Counted from the stretch's first letter, positions 20,442-30,727 are shown. The stretch is 64,000 nt of DNA from Spirochaetota bacterium (GCA_963663865.1 OY760686.1:2144001-2208000), one strand, 5' to 3'. Numbers and translations: made by a program. The notes: generated from the sequence alone by a model not told the origin.

Positions 20442-21772
20442 TTCACTCTCCCCGTCACACGCCCGGCCTCATGGACAAAGCGGTCAATGTCTTCTTTTGT
20501 AAGCTTTTCCGTCGCACAGAAGAGCACGCAATTTTCGAGGCCTTCAAAATCCCTTAGCTCAATTCCGGGCACATAGCCTTTTTCCGATAGCCTCCTGATG
20601 AACGATGAAGAATCTTCGGTTCTAAGGACAAATTCGTTGAAGAAGGGGGCCTTGAACTCCTCGACAAGCCCGGCCTTAATCAGCGATTCCTTTAGATAGA
20701 GAGCGAGATTGTGATTTAACGCTGCGATTTCAGCAAGACCCGGCCCTGCTATTGAAAGATACATAACAGCTCTCAGGGCGAGATGTCCTTCGTTTGAACA
20801 TATATTTGATGTGGCACGCTCTCTTCTGATGTGCTGCTCCCTCGTCTGAAGCGTAAGCACGTATGACTCCCTGCCGTCCGCGTCAGAGGTGCGTCCTACA
20901 AGACGGCCCGGCATTTTTCTCGTAAACTCCTTCGTTGCGGCGACAAATCCGAGCAACGGCCCGCCGAACGCCGGATAGTTCCCAAAGCTCTGGGCCTCAC
21001 CGCAGACTATATCAGCGCCGCATTCCCCCGGCCCCTTCAGAATTCCAAGGGATACAGCTTCCGCTACAACGGTTATCATCAATACGCCCTGATTTTTAGC
21101 CGAAGCTGAAAGAGCGCTCAGGTCTTCGATTGAACCGAAGAAATTCGGATTTTGAACGATGATTGCCGCGGTATTGCTGTCTATAATCTCTTCTATGTCA
21201 GCCGGCGAGGTAATTCCATCTTCGCAACGAGTGAACACAAGCTCAAGTCCTGCCGCACTCGCGTAGGTTTCGAGCACAAGCCTGTAATTATTGTTAAGAG
21301 CCCCCGAAACGGCAAAACGGCTCTTCCCGGTATGCGCCCTCGCCATCAGGGCCGACTCTGCCAGGGCCGTAGCGCCGTCGTACATGCTGGCATTGGATAC
21401 ATCCATCGACGTGAGCGAACACATCACAGTCTGGAACTCAAATATAGCTGTAAGCGTCCCCTGGCTTACCTCCGGCTGATACGGCGTATACGCGGTCAAG
21501 AACTCCGACCTGGAGGAGAGGTAGTCCACTGCTGCGGGAACATAGTGGTCATAAACGCCGCCGCCAGCGAACACCTGGCCGGAAGCGTTCAGTGAAGCAA
21601 GCTGATTGGCCCTTCTCTCAGTCTGAAGCTGTGATAGCGGCTCCGGGAGCGGAAGCCTTTCCGAAAGCCTGATTTGCCCTGGAATATCTGAGAAAAGCTC
21701 ATCCACGGTGGATTTACCAACCGCAGCGAGCATCTTGCGGGTGTCTTCATCGTTCAATGGAATGTATGACAT
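20438..21772 (-). CDS. gcvPA: Glycine dehydrogenase (decarboxylating) subunit 1
   Basis: TAYTPYQPEVSQG, NASMYDGATA, LQTREQHIRRERATSNICSN; start placed at MSYIP. Confidence 0.97.
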   Translation of the reverse strand: MSYIPLNDEDTRKMLAAVGKSTVDELFSDIPGQIRLSERLPLPEPLSQLQTERRANQLASLNASGQVFAGGGVYDHYVPAAVDYLSSRSEFLTAYTPYQPEVSQGTLTAIFEFQTVMCSLTSMDVSNASMYDGATALAESALMARAHTGKSRFAVSGALNNNYRLVLETYASAAGLELVFTRCEDGITSPADIEEIIDSNTAAIIVQNPNFFGSIEDLSALSASAKNQGVLMITVVAEAVSLGILKGPGECGADIVCGEAQSFGNYPAFGGPLLGFVAATKEFTRKMPGRLVGRTSDADGRESYVLTLQTREQHIRRERATSNICSNEGHLALRAVMYLSIAGPGLAEIAALNHNLALYLKESLIKAGLVEEFKAPFFNEFVLRTEDSSSFIRRLSEKGYVPGIELRDFEGLENCVLFCATEKLTKEDIDRFVHEAGRVTGRVK

Positions 21773-21773
21773 C

Positions 21774-22166
21774 TTATTCTCCGGATTCAACAAAGTCTTT
21801 ATAGGCAGCTGCGTCCATAAGCCCTGAGAGCTCCTCCGGATTTGACATTTTCAGCTTAAAAATCCATCCGTTGCCATAAGGATCCTCGTTAATATTCTCG
21901 GGAGCGTCCTCAAGCGAAAGGTTCGCTTCGATTACTTCCCCTGAAACCGGGCTGTAAATGTCCGACACAGCCTTAACCGACTCTACAACGGCTGCCCGGT
22001 CACCCTTACTGAGGACCTTTCCGTTCTCCGGCAGCTCTGCAAAAACTATGTCGGTAAGCATGTGCTGAGCATGATCCGTTATGCCGCACGTTGCTGTTCC
22101 GTCACCGTTATCCTTAACCCATTCATGTTCCTGTGTGTACTTTAATCCGTCGATTATCTGGCTCAT
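21774..22166 (-). CDS. gcvH: Glycine cleavage system H protein
   Basis: YTQEHEWV, GITDHAQ, lipoyl-Lys motif VESVKAVSDIYSP, PYGNGW; ATG 22166 behind GGAG. Confidence 0.97.
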   Translation of the reverse strand: MSQIIDGLKYTQEHEWVKDNGDGTATCGITDHAQHMLTDIVFAELPENGKVLSKGDRAAVVESVKAVSDIYSPVSGEVIEANLSLEDAPENINEDPYGNGWIFKLKMSNPEELSGLMDAAAYKDFVESGE

Positions 22167-22256
22167 TTTTTTCTCCATATTGATTATTTTACAGCTCAAT
22201 TATATCAAAACGGCCAAACCCCGCTTACATCTCTCCGGGGCATAAGGCTTTAATTT

Positions 22257-23345
22257 TCAATCCCTGTAAGGGTAAAAGGGCCTGCCGACTGTAAGCGCTG
22301 ACACCGGCCTTTCTCTGATAAGAACCTCAAGCCCCGTACCGGGCTGATAGTCTCCCTTTTCAAGAAGCGCCATGGCTATGCCCTTCTGCATAAGCGGGGA
22401 GTAGAGACCGCTGGTGACACATCCAACATCGCGCCCGTCTTTGAGCACCCGGTATCCCTCACGGGGAATGCCCCTCCCTGTAATCTCAAGGCAGACAGTC
22501 GTCCTTGTCGGAGACTTTTTGAGTTCAAGAAGTGCGTCCCTGCCGCAATATGCTTCATCGGAACTGACGAGCCAGCCGAGGCCGGCTTCCACCGGGCTGA
22601 TTTCATCTGAAAGCTCATGTCCGTACAGCGAATAAGAGGCCTCAATCCTGAGGCTGTCGCGCGCGCCCAATCCGCATGGCATGAGCCCCAGAGGCCTGCC
22701 AATCCTGAGAATCTCGTCCCACAGCTCACATACATCTTCTTCGTCGACGTAAAGCTCATATCCTTTTTCGCCGGTGTATCCTGTCTTTGAGACCAGAATG
22801 TTTTGTCCGTTCCACCCGGTCTCCGCAAATTCAAAACGGCCCAGTTTAACCGCCGGGTCATTATCCCCCAGAAGAGCGGCAAGAATTTCTCCGGAACGAG
22901 GCCCCTGCAGGTCGAGCTTGGCCGTGTCGTCAGAAATATTGGTTATCTCGACGCCGGGCGCTATGTTCACTGCAAGAGCTGTGTAATCCTTAATAATGTT
23001 TGCCGCGTTTACTACGATCATGTACTTCTCTTCGGAAAACATGTAGATAAATATGTCATCAACCGTTCCGCCATTTTCATTGCAGATGCAGCTGTACATG
23101 GCCCTGCCGGGAACAAGCCTGTCAAGGCGTGTGGGGATAACGCGTTTTAGAAGCACTTTGCTTTTCGCCCCCTCAACGATGAACTCCCCCATGTGGGAAA
23201 TATCAAAAAGGCCTGCGGCGTTCCTGACTGCCATGTGCTCTTCAATTATAGATGTGTACATTACCGGCAGTTCCCAGCCGGCAAAATCAACCATGCTCCC
23301 GCCGGCGTGAATATGCCGGTCGTACAGAGGCGTTCTGAGACTCAT
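22257..23345 (-). CDS. gcvT: Glycine cleavage system aminomethyltransferase T
   Basis: RTPLY, FAGWELP, FDISHMGE, TGYTGEKGYE, GLGARDSLRIEA; ATGA overlap with the upstream flavoprotein stop. Confidence 0.97.
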   Translation of the reverse strand: MSLRTPLYDRHIHAGGSMVDFAGWELPVMYTSIIEEHMAVRNAAGLFDISHMGEFIVEGAKSKVLLKRVIPTRLDRLVPGRAMYSCICNENGGTVDDIFIYMFSEEKYMIVVNAANIIKDYTALAVNIAPGVEITNISDDTAKLDLQGPRSGEILAALLGDNDPAVKLGRFEFAETGWNGQNILVSKTGYTGEKGYELYVDEEDVCELWDEILRIGRPLGLMPCGLGARDSLRIEASYSLYGHELSDEISPVEAGLGWLVSSDEAYCGRDALLELKKSPTRTTVCLEITGRGIPREGYRVLKDGRDVGCVTSGLYSPLMQKGIAMALLEKGDYQPGTGLEVLIRERPVSALTVGRPFYPYRD

Positions 23346-24676
23346 TTCATTCTCCTTAGACAAAAATCGGCCGCCTTCATGAGGGCGTCATCGACCTCAC
23401 TGAGTGCCGGGCAATACGCCATTTCCACTCTTCGCAATTCACTTACTGTCAGGCCGAACTCAATTGCCGCGCTGACAATATTTATCCTCGACGCCGCGCC
23501 CTCTCTTCCGACCGCCTGCGCTCCAAGAACGCGTCCGGTTGAGGTGTCAGCGATTAATTTCACTGTTATCTCCGATGATCCTTTCATATAGTGAGGCAGA
23601 GTGTGCGTCTTTATTTTCCCTGCCGCGGCCGAGTATCCCGCAGCTTTTGCAGCGGCAAGGGTGAAACCTGTTCCCGCGGCCTCAAGCCCGCCTATCTCTG
23701 TTACAAATGTTCCCGCGGTCCCTCTGTACTCCTCATTTCCGCCGGCGGCATTGGCGCCGGCGGACAGGCCCTGTTTGTATGCCGAGGTCGCAAGCTTCGC
23801 CGGAGAAGGAGTCCCGTCGATTACCGACCAGCCTGATACGCAGTCTCCGGCAGCGTATACGTCCTTGAGGTTTGTTTCGAGCCTTGAATTCACCCTGATT
23901 CCGGCTTTGTCAGTCTCAATGCCCGACACGGCCGCGAATGAAACATCGGGTCTGAAACCGGCAGCCATCACCGCGAAATCGGCTTCGAAAATTGTGCCAC
24001 CGGCCCTTATTCCTGTAAAGCTTTCATCTCCTAAAACCTCCTCTACGGCGGTTCCGCCCTGGAATTCAATCCCTGATTCTTTTATACGCTCCAGAACAGC
24101 CTCGGACATGTCCGGGTCGAGCACTCCGGGAAGCGGACTTTCCTTCATTTCGAATACCGTAACCCTTTCGAGTCTGGCCTTAAGCGCGACAGCGGTCTCA
24201 AGCCCGATGGCGCCGGCACCGATCACAAAGGCTGAGCTGGCTCCCTCTGCCGACGCCAAAACAGCTTCAAGATCAGGCCGCGAAGCAAGTGTGTGCAATC
24301 CTCTGCCTCTGAGACGGGTTGAGCCCGGCACAGGCGGTATCACCGGGGATGCGCCGGTACATATAATAAGCGAGTCATAGTGATACTCTGCCTTTGTGCC
24401 GTCAAAGAGCTTAACCTCAACCATTTTACTGTCATGACATACAACCGACAGATGCCCTCTGACTCTCGTTACGCCGGATCTTTCAAGCTGGATGTCCTGA
24501 CATAGTCCCGCTCTGTCGGCCTTACCTTCTATGGCATACGGGAGACCGCACGGATGCAGCAGGTCATGCTCCTTGGGATCTATAACGGTAATAACGGCAT
24601 CCCTGGAGACCTTTCTTATTCCGGCCATGGCCGCGAATCCAGCCGAGCCGAGCCCCGCTATGATGATGTTTTTCAT
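23342..24676 (-). CDS. FAD/NAD(P)-dependent oxidoreductase, NADH oxidase/CoA-disulfide reductase family
   Basis: GLGSAG, HPC43GLPY, CTGA, GAGAIGLE, VYAAGDC, dimerisation domain ending AYCPALSE. Confidence 0.9.
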   Translation of the reverse strand: MKNIIIAGLGSAGFAAMAGIRKVSRDAVITVIDPKEHDLLHPCGLPYAIEGKADRAGLCQDIQLERSGVTRVRGHLSVVCHDSKMVEVKLFDGTKAEYHYDSLIICTGASPVIPPVPGSTRLRGRGLHTLASRPDLEAVLASAEGASSAFVIGAGAIGLETAVALKARLERVTVFEMKESPLPGVLDPDMSEAVLERIKESGIEFQGGTAVEEVLGDESFTGIRAGGTIFEADFAVMAAGFRPDVSFAAVSGIETDKAGIRVNSRLETNLKDVYAAGDCVSGWSVIDGTPSPAKLATSAYKQGLSAGANAAGGNEEYRGTAGTFVTEIGGLEAAGTGFTLAAAKAAGYSAAAGKIKTHTLPHYMKGSSEITVKLIADTSTGRVLGAQAVGREGAASRINIVSAAIEFGLTVSELRRVEMAYCPALSEVDDALMKAADFCLRRMK

Positions 24677-24752
24677 TCTGCTGATTATCCTTTATAATAT
24701 CTTATGATGTATTTCATCTAACTTTTACGCCATTGCTGAACAAGCGCCGGCA

Positions 24753-25196
24753 TTAGAGCACATACGGCACCATCAGATTATAGGACTTGTAGACCACAAA
24801 GGTTTCAACGGACTGAACGAGCTTTATCCTGGAGACCTCCTGAGTGTAGAACTCAAGCAGGCCGAAACCGGCCTTAAGAAGCACTGTAGCTATGAGGTCG
24901 TACTGCCCCGTGACGACACAGACATTTACAACGCCGCGGAGCCTGCTGAACTCCTCACCCTTGCTGACAAGATCCATGGTACCGAGTTTAATGCCTATTA
25001 TTACCGTCTGGCAGCCATCAATCTTACCGGGATCAATGAGCGCTGATATATCGACAGCTCCATTTTCGGTCATTCGGTTCAGGCGGCTTCTGACTGTGTT
25101 TTCAGCTACAGAAAGGCTGTCCGCTATCTCCTTCAGAGATTTGCGGCCATTTTTAAGGGATTTTAGGATGGAAAGGTTTAATTCGTCAAGTTCCAT
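24753..25196 (-). CDS. Lrp/AsnC-family transcriptional regulator
   Basis: LDELNLSIL...IADSLSVAENTVRSRLNRM helix-turn-helix; VTGQYDL; ATG 25196 behind AGGAG. Confidence 0.9.
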   Translation of the reverse strand: MELDELNLSILKSLKNGRKSLKEIADSLSVAENTVRSRLNRMTENGAVDISALIDPGKIDGCQTVIIGIKLGTMDLVSKGEEFSRLRGVVNVCVVTGQYDLIATVLLKAGFGLLEFYTQEVSRIKLVQSVETFVVYKSYNLMVPYVL

Positions 25197-25291
25197 AACA
25201 GCTCCTTCTGCCGGCATCGGTTACCACATCGCAGCAGTGAGGATACTGTCAATATTATTTTAATATTTTCAGCATATCAATAGAATATCGA

Positions 25292-26583
25292 TTAAATATT
25301 GATCTTATCCTCGGGAAACGTTACTTTTATCGTAGTCCCGCCTTCCGGGGCAGGCAGGGCTTCAATACTCCCGCCATGGTTACCGTTTATCAGAAAATAG
25401 CTGATATACAGGCCCATGCCGGTATTAAGCCCGACCTCTCCGGTAGTATAAAACGGTCAAATATTCGCGCCCTGATAGACTCGGGAATGCCCGGCCCGTT
25501 GTCGCTAATCGCAAAATAAACCCTGCCGCTGGATACGCCGCTTTCCACTATAATATGAGGCTCGGGCCTTTGCTCCCGGTTTTCATGAACCGCCCGTACG
25601 GCATTCTTGATAATGTTTATTATCACCTGTTCAATCTCAATCCTTACACAGTCAACATAAAGCGGACCCGCCGCAAGCCTTGTTTCTACATAAATCGATG
25701 AGATGTTATATCTCTTCTTCATCTCATAATCCCTTTCCGCCAATTCGACTGACTCTCTTAAAACCAGATTTAAATCCTCTTTTGAGCGACAACGGCTGTC
25801 CGGGCGGGAGAATGATAGCATAGACGATACGATTTTGCCCGACCTTGAGACAGCGTCTTTTATGCTGTCAAGATACCTGATTATCTTCTGCTCATCAAGA
25901 AAGCTGACAATTGATTGAATGTCAGTCCCGTGCTTCAAAGCAGCTTCCCGATTCCTCTCCATCTCAGGAGACAGGTGAACCTTGATGTATTCCAGGGCAA
26001 GGGTGATTATATTCAGCGGGTTGTTTATCTCATGCGCCATGCCTGCCGCAAGGCCGCCGACAGTTTTCATCTTTTCGGAGGTAATCATTGCCTCTATCGT
26101 ATTATGACGCTCAGTAATATCAGCGCAGAGGACCGCCACGTTCTTGATTTTTCCCTCCTCGTCCTTAAGCGGAAAGGTTCTCACATGCATCCATCTCGTT
26201 TCGCCCGAGGGCGTCAGTATGCGAAAAGGCTTGAAATCGTGAGGGATTTCGGGCCTCCCCTGTATGGCTGCTAGGTACTGCCTTGCCGTAACAAGGTCGT
26301 CCGCATGTATTATCTGAATAAGGCTGGCTAATGACTCCATGAAAGATCCGGGCTCATAACCGGTAATTCTCGTGAAGGCTGAATTGACGAACTGAATCCC
26401 TTTAACCTCCGGATCCGTCAGAAAAAATATCTCCGGAAGATTATCCGCCAGAAGCGAGAGCATTCTCTCGGCGTAGGGATATCCCCCAATATCTTTAGAG
26501 CATCTTCCGCGCACGCGAAGAGTGAAAAGCATCAGCCCAAGGACAGCAGCCCCCAGACCGGCTATGATTACATAATATATCAC
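25292..26583 (-). pseudogene. PAS-domain sensor histidine kinase with a 1-nt frameshift in the ATP lid (pseudogene or sequencing error)
   Basis: AHEINNPL, NIIKNA, DNGPG, then RIFD. The -1 frame continues FYTTGEVGLNTGMGLYISYFLINGNHGGSI...GGTTIKVTFP to TAA at 25292-25294. The lesion lies at about 25450-25456. Confidence 0.85.
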
Positions 26584-26624
26584 CTTTCAACTCCTTTCAG
26601 ACATGCCGCACCACCGACAGGCTG

Positions 26625-26653
26625 AGGATAGATCATGGCGGACAATTAGTCAA
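26625..26653 (-). promoter_or_regulatory. Putative sigma70 promoter of the histidine kinase gene
   Basis: TTGACT-17 nt-TATCCT on the minus strand. Confidence 0.55.
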
Positions 26654-26928
26654 TAAGTATTAAACATAATACCAAATCAGAAAAAGCATATATTATAACA
26701 TATTCAAATATATTCAATAGGCATTAGCCTAATTCACCTGAAGAAAGTATCTATTATTCCAATATTTTCTTAATAAACGCAAGATTGGCGGCAATTAACC
26801 TGCATTTCATTCTAAATTTCATTTTCCGAAATAATAGTGCTTTAAAAAAACGACTGGAAGTAACAGATTGCTATGGCAACTGTGTTAAACATATGGTGAT
26901 TCCGTTTATGAATAAACAAGAGGTGAAA

Positions 26929-29346
26929 ATGAGCATTAGCAGATATCCGATTTATATGCTGCTGATATTTATCATATCAGCAAACGGACTAAACCTTACG
27001 GCCCAGGAAAATATTCACAGGCTTGAAGGCACAATAAAAAACGCTGAAACCATGCAGCCGGTACCCTTCGCGCTGGTAATAGTTAAAGAGGCTGGGATTG
27101 TTTCCACAGTCAGACAGGGGGGGGCATACAGCCTCACCGTACCAAAGCCCGGCCGCTACTCCGTTACCGTCAGGGCCGGCGGTCTTCAGGAGGTCACAAC
27201 CTCTGTGACTATTTCCGGAACCGTAAGGCTGGACTTTACGCTCAGCGCACCGGGATTATCAACGCCCTCCAAACGCACGATGAAGGCTGTAACAGTAAGG
27301 GGCGCAAGGGAGATTCAGTCTATATCAAGGCAGACGATGACGGTTAAAGAGATCAAGGAGGTTCCAGCCTCATTCGGCGACTCAATTTCCGCCCTGACAG
27401 CCCTGCCCGGCATAAACCGTTCAGGAGGCTTTTTCGGTCCTCTCATAATCAGAGGCGCGGATTCCGCCTCTAACGGCTACCAGATAGACGGCATCCCGAT
27501 GTTCAAGGTCATGCACTTTGGCGGCATTCACTCCGTCATAGCCAATGACCTTATGTCAAGCATTGACCTGTACTCTTCGGCCTTCCCGGCACAGTTTACC
27601 GACGCCCAGGCCGCGGTTATAAACATCAACACGGTTGACGATGTTGACCGGGCCGGCGGAATAGCTGACGTGGGCCTCATATCGGCAAATGCCCTTGTAA
27701 AGTTCCCAATCATTGAACAAAAAAACTACAATGGCAGACAGGTCGATGAGAAGAAGGGCTATGTCATCGCATCAGGACGGGTGGGATACTTCAGCCTCCT
27801 CATTCCAGCATTTTACAAGTACGTTCTCGATAAAGACCTCGACTATCTCCCGAACTACTGGGACTATCAATTCAAGGCGAGGTACAGCTTTAACAGTGAG
27901 CATTCGCTTACCTTTCTTGCCTTCGGAAGCAAGGACACTATTGACCTCATTCTTAAAGAAAGCTGGCTTGAAGAGGGCAGCGACCCGGCTCTGACCGACT
28001 TCAATATCTACAGTAATGATCAGGCACACAGCGCCGGCCTTACCTACAAGTATGAATACAGCAACAGGCTATCCAACAGCCTTCTCAGCTTTATTTCATA
28101 CAACAAAAGCAGGCAGTGGTACGATCTCCCTAATGCGACATCAAGCGAACTCAGCGATCTTGGAATTGATTCAATTCCGACGATTATGGGTCTGAAAGAC
28201 AGCCTGACGGCTGAATGGATTAAGGACCACTCCACACTGAGAGCTGGAGCAGAGGCAAGATATTACATCTTTAAAACTGATGGAAAATCAATAGGTGGAA
28301 CAAAAGACACCGTCGACTTAAACGACCCTGATGCCTTCGAAATTATAGAACTCGGCGATACATATAAAAATGTTTCCTTTACCGGGTATGTCGAAAACAG
28401 GTTCAAATTCGGGGGGCTTCTATTCGTACCAGGTGTGGCCGCTCAGTACCTCTCCAGAGGAAGCAGCTACTTCATCGACCCGAGAGGACTTATCAGCTAC
28501 ACATTTGACACCGGAACGACTATAGGTGCCGCAGGCGGATGGTACAGCATGTTCCACCAGACAATGCCGGAATACTTCTACCAGCTTCCATACATCGCGG
28601 GATCGGAATTCGGTCCGGCGAGGTCAATTCACCGATCAGTAAGCCTGGAGCAGAAAGCCGGCCCTTACACCTTCAAGGTTGAAGGCTTCTATAACAACTT
28701 CTGGAACCAGGGAAACTTTGACAGCTACATAGACGAAAACGGGGAACTCGCCTCAATGCTGATAAATAAGGGAAAGCTCAAGACAAGGGGTTTTGAGATT
28801 ACCGCGAAAGTTAATGATGAGACGGATCAGGGCCTTTTCGGGTGGGTCAGCTATACCTACAATAATGCTGAATACATCACCAATCAAAGCGAGCTTTACA
28901 CGGAATACGGCAAGGAGTGGCTGACATCGCCGTATGACATGACTCACGTACTGAAGCTTGTAGCCGGGTACACTGCCGGGAAAAATACCTTCAGTGCAAA
29001 GTTCCAGTTCAACACAGCGGCTCCGTATACGGCAATAACATCGTCATACTCTGATGACGCGTTTACCGCTGTCACAGGAAAAACACGTATTGTCCCCGTC
29101 TACGGAAAGCCCTACACCGAAAGGCTTGACCCTGAGTACAGGCTCGACGTGAGGTACACAAGGAAAACAAGCCACAGGTGGGGTTATGTGAGCTGGTACG
29201 CGGAGGTTATAGGAATTGTATCTTCACAGACGCAATATGTTGACTGGGATTATCGTTACAACTATGAGGAAGGAGTAAACCCGAAGGTGAAAACAGAAAA
29301 TGGGCTCACATTTCTGCCTAACTTCGGAATCGAAATTAAATTTTAA
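26929..29346 (+). CDS. TonB-dependent receptor with N-terminal carboxypeptidase-regulatory-like domain
   Basis: Signal peptide; LEGTIKNAET..PVPFA; plug motif ALTALPGI...IIRG...IDGIP; C-terminal GIEIKF; ATG 26929 behind GAGGTG; next to exbBD-tonB. Confidence 0.92.
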   Translation: MSISRYPIYMLLIFIISANGLNLTAQENIHRLEGTIKNAETMQPVPFALVIVKEAGIVSTVRQGGAYSLTVPKPGRYSVTVRAGGLQEVTTSVTISGTVRLDFTLSAPGLSTPSKRTMKAVTVRGAREIQSISRQTMTVKEIKEVPASFGDSISALTALPGINRSGGFFGPLIIRGADSASNGYQIDGIPMFKVMHFGGIHSVIANDLMSSIDLYSSAFPAQFTDAQAAVININTVDDVDRAGGIADVGLISANALVKFPIIEQKNYNGRQVDEKKGYVIASGRVGYFSLLIPAFYKYVLDKDLDYLPNYWDYQFKARYSFNSEHSLTFLAFGSKDTIDLILKESWLEEGSDPALTDFNIYSNDQAHSAGLTYKYEYSNRLSNSLLSFISYNKSRQWYDLPNATSSELSDLGIDSIPTIMGLKDSLTAEWIKDHSTLRAGAEARYYIFKTDGKSIGGTKDTVDLNDPDAFEIIELGDTYKNVSFTGYVENRFKFGGLLFVPGVAAQYLSRGSSYFIDPRGLISYTFDTGTTIGAAGGWYSMFHQTMPEYFYQLPYIAGSEFGPARSIHRSVSLEQKAGPYTFKVEGFYNNFWNQGNFDSYIDENGELASMLINKGKLKTRGFEITAKVNDETDQGLFGWVSYTYNNAEYITNQSELYTEYGKEWLTSPYDMTHVLKLVAGYTAGKNTFSAKFQFNTAAPYTAITSSYSDDAFTAVTGKTRIVPVYGKPYTERLDPEYRLDVRYTRKTSHRWGYVSWYAEVIGIVSSQTQYVDWDYRYNYEEGVNPKVKTENGLTFLPNFGIEIKF

Positions 29347-29374
29347 AATGTTTCACAACTCAGAAGAGGACATT

Positions 29375-29755
29375 ATGTACAAGAGAATGACAACCGGATT
29401 AGCCGCGGCATTTGTAGCACTGACGGCTCTATCCTGCTCAACAACTAAAATAAGCAGTCAGCCCGCGCTGGCCCCCCTTCAGGGCAGGCAGATCAAGTCG
29501 AACCTTGGGAAGGTGAAGGCCTCCAACTCGGCGGTTTCCATATTCGGCATCTACATGGCAGGTTCGCCTGACATCAATATGGCGGTGGATAAAGCTGTGA
29601 ACATGAAAAAAGCTGACACCCTCATCAACGTCAACTGCTATGAGACCTGGAAGTACTTCCTTCTGTTCTCAATCAGCAGCTGCGTCATTGAAGCTGAGGC
29701 GGTCACACTTGAAGAGAGCCTGACTGCTCCCGCACCGGAAAGGAGGAAGAAATGA
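29375..29755 (+). CDS. Small lipoprotein, TRL-like/YbjQ-like fold
   Basis: Lipobox ALSC; LGKVKAS...SIFGI...AVDKAV...ADTLINV...EAEAV pattern; ATG 29375 behind GAGGA. Confidence 0.65.
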   Translation: MYKRMTTGLAAAFVALTALSCSTTKISSQPALAPLQGRQIKSNLGKVKASNSAVSIFGIYMAGSPDINMAVDKAVNMKKADTLINVNCYETWKYFLLFSISSCVIEAEAVTLEESLTAPAPERRKK

Positions 29756-30105
29756 AAAAGCTGATAATACTGAGTCTGTTTCCAATTTTCGCGGCCGGCT
29801 GTCTGTCATTTACAAAAGCCCCGGGCGGGACTATGCAGCAAGCAGGCACTCTGGAAAGCCCTGAATTTGAGATTCTCGGGCAGGCTGAAGGCTACAGTTC
29901 CGAGTTTAGACCGCTCTGGTTTCTGCCTTCATTTCAGGGGCTTTCTCAGGAAGATGCAATAAAGGAAGCAGTCAGATCCAGAGGCGGAGACGGACTAATC
30001 GACGTTAGAATAATGAAAGAGCGGGAAGTTTACATTATTGGTACAGTTAACATTTTGAGAGTAACCGGAAAGGTTATCAGATATACAGATAAAACGGAGA
30101 AATAA
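29752..30105 (+). CDS. Small lipoprotein, TRL-like/YbjQ-like fold
   Basis: Lipobox AAGC; FEILGQAEG...AIKEAV...GGDGLIDV...VTGKVIRY; ATGA overlap with the previous gene. Confidence 0.65.
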   Translation: MKKLIILSLFPIFAAGCLSFTKAPGGTMQQAGTLESPEFEILGQAEGYSSEFRPLWFLPSFQGLSQEDAIKEAVRSRGGDGLIDVRIMKEREVYIIGTVNILRVTGKVIRYTDKTEK

Positions 30106-30109
30106 AATT

Positions 30110-30727
30110 ATGATGCAGCTATTGACAATCGGCGAATACTCAATATTTTCAATTATGGGCTTTGCGAGCATACTGGCGCTGGCGGTTGCGATTGAAAAGT
30201 CTCTGCTTTACTCGCAGACGGCCGGAAAAAACGGCGGGATACTCAATTCGATAATAATCGACTTCATTTCCGGAAAGATATCTGCAGCGGGGAAATACGC
30301 GGAAAAGAGCAGCAAAAACGTCTACGCCAGATTTGCTTCATTTATCAAAGAGAACTATAACTCAGGCCCCGGTGCAATGGAGCACCTTATGGAAGCAAAG
30401 ATGATTGAAGAGAGAATATTCCTTGAAAAAAGGCTTATTGTTCTCGGCTCGCTGGGAAACAACGCTCCATTTATAGGCCTTTTGGGCACAGTACTCGGAA
30501 TCATCAAGGCCTTCTACAACCTGGGAGCGCTGGGAAACGCCGGAGCCGAGCTGGTTATGAAGAGCATATCGACAGCGCTCGTTGCCACAGCGGGAGGCCT
30601 TCTCATAGCGATACCTGTTGTCATAGCCAACAACTACTTCAACCGAAAGGTAAAGGTCATCATGCAGAATATGGAACAGATCGCAAAATCCGCTCTGGCA
30701 AGTTATTCAGTCAAGGAGGAAAGATAA
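30110..30727 (+). CDS. exbB: MotA/TolQ/ExbB proton channel protein
   Basis: APFIGLLGTVLGII, ISTALVATAGGLLIAIP. Confidence 0.92.
   Translation: MMQLLTIGEYSIFSIMGFASILALAVAIEKSLLYSQTAGKNGGILNSIIIDFISGKISAAGKYAEKSSKNVYARFASFIKENYNSGPGAMEHLMEAKMIEERIFLEKRLIVLGSLGNNAPFIGLLGTVLGIIKAFYNLGALGNAGAELVMKSISTALVATAGGLLIAIPVVIANNYFNRKVKVIMQNMEQIAKSALASYSVKEER

Noticed and set aside
23601-24380. Long antisense ORFs (259 aa here; also 33244-33903, 11315-11902, 59275-59832 and many shorter ones)
   Set aside because: Shadow frames opposite well-supported genes, with no motifs or independent expression signals.
22167-25290. Glycine riboswitch upstream of the gcv genes
   Set aside because: The intergenic gaps are short and lack the aptamer consensus. 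The adjacent Lrp regulator is the more plausible control.
25445-25460. Programmed -1 ribosomal frameshift in the kinase
   Set aside because: C-CGT-TTT is not a canonical slippery heptamer. A mutation or assembly error is simpler.
26654-26928. Fur box, cobalamin riboswitch or sigma54 promoter upstream of the TonB receptor
   Set aside because: Only weak AT-rich partial matches (for example cggcaattaacctgca), not distinguishable from background.
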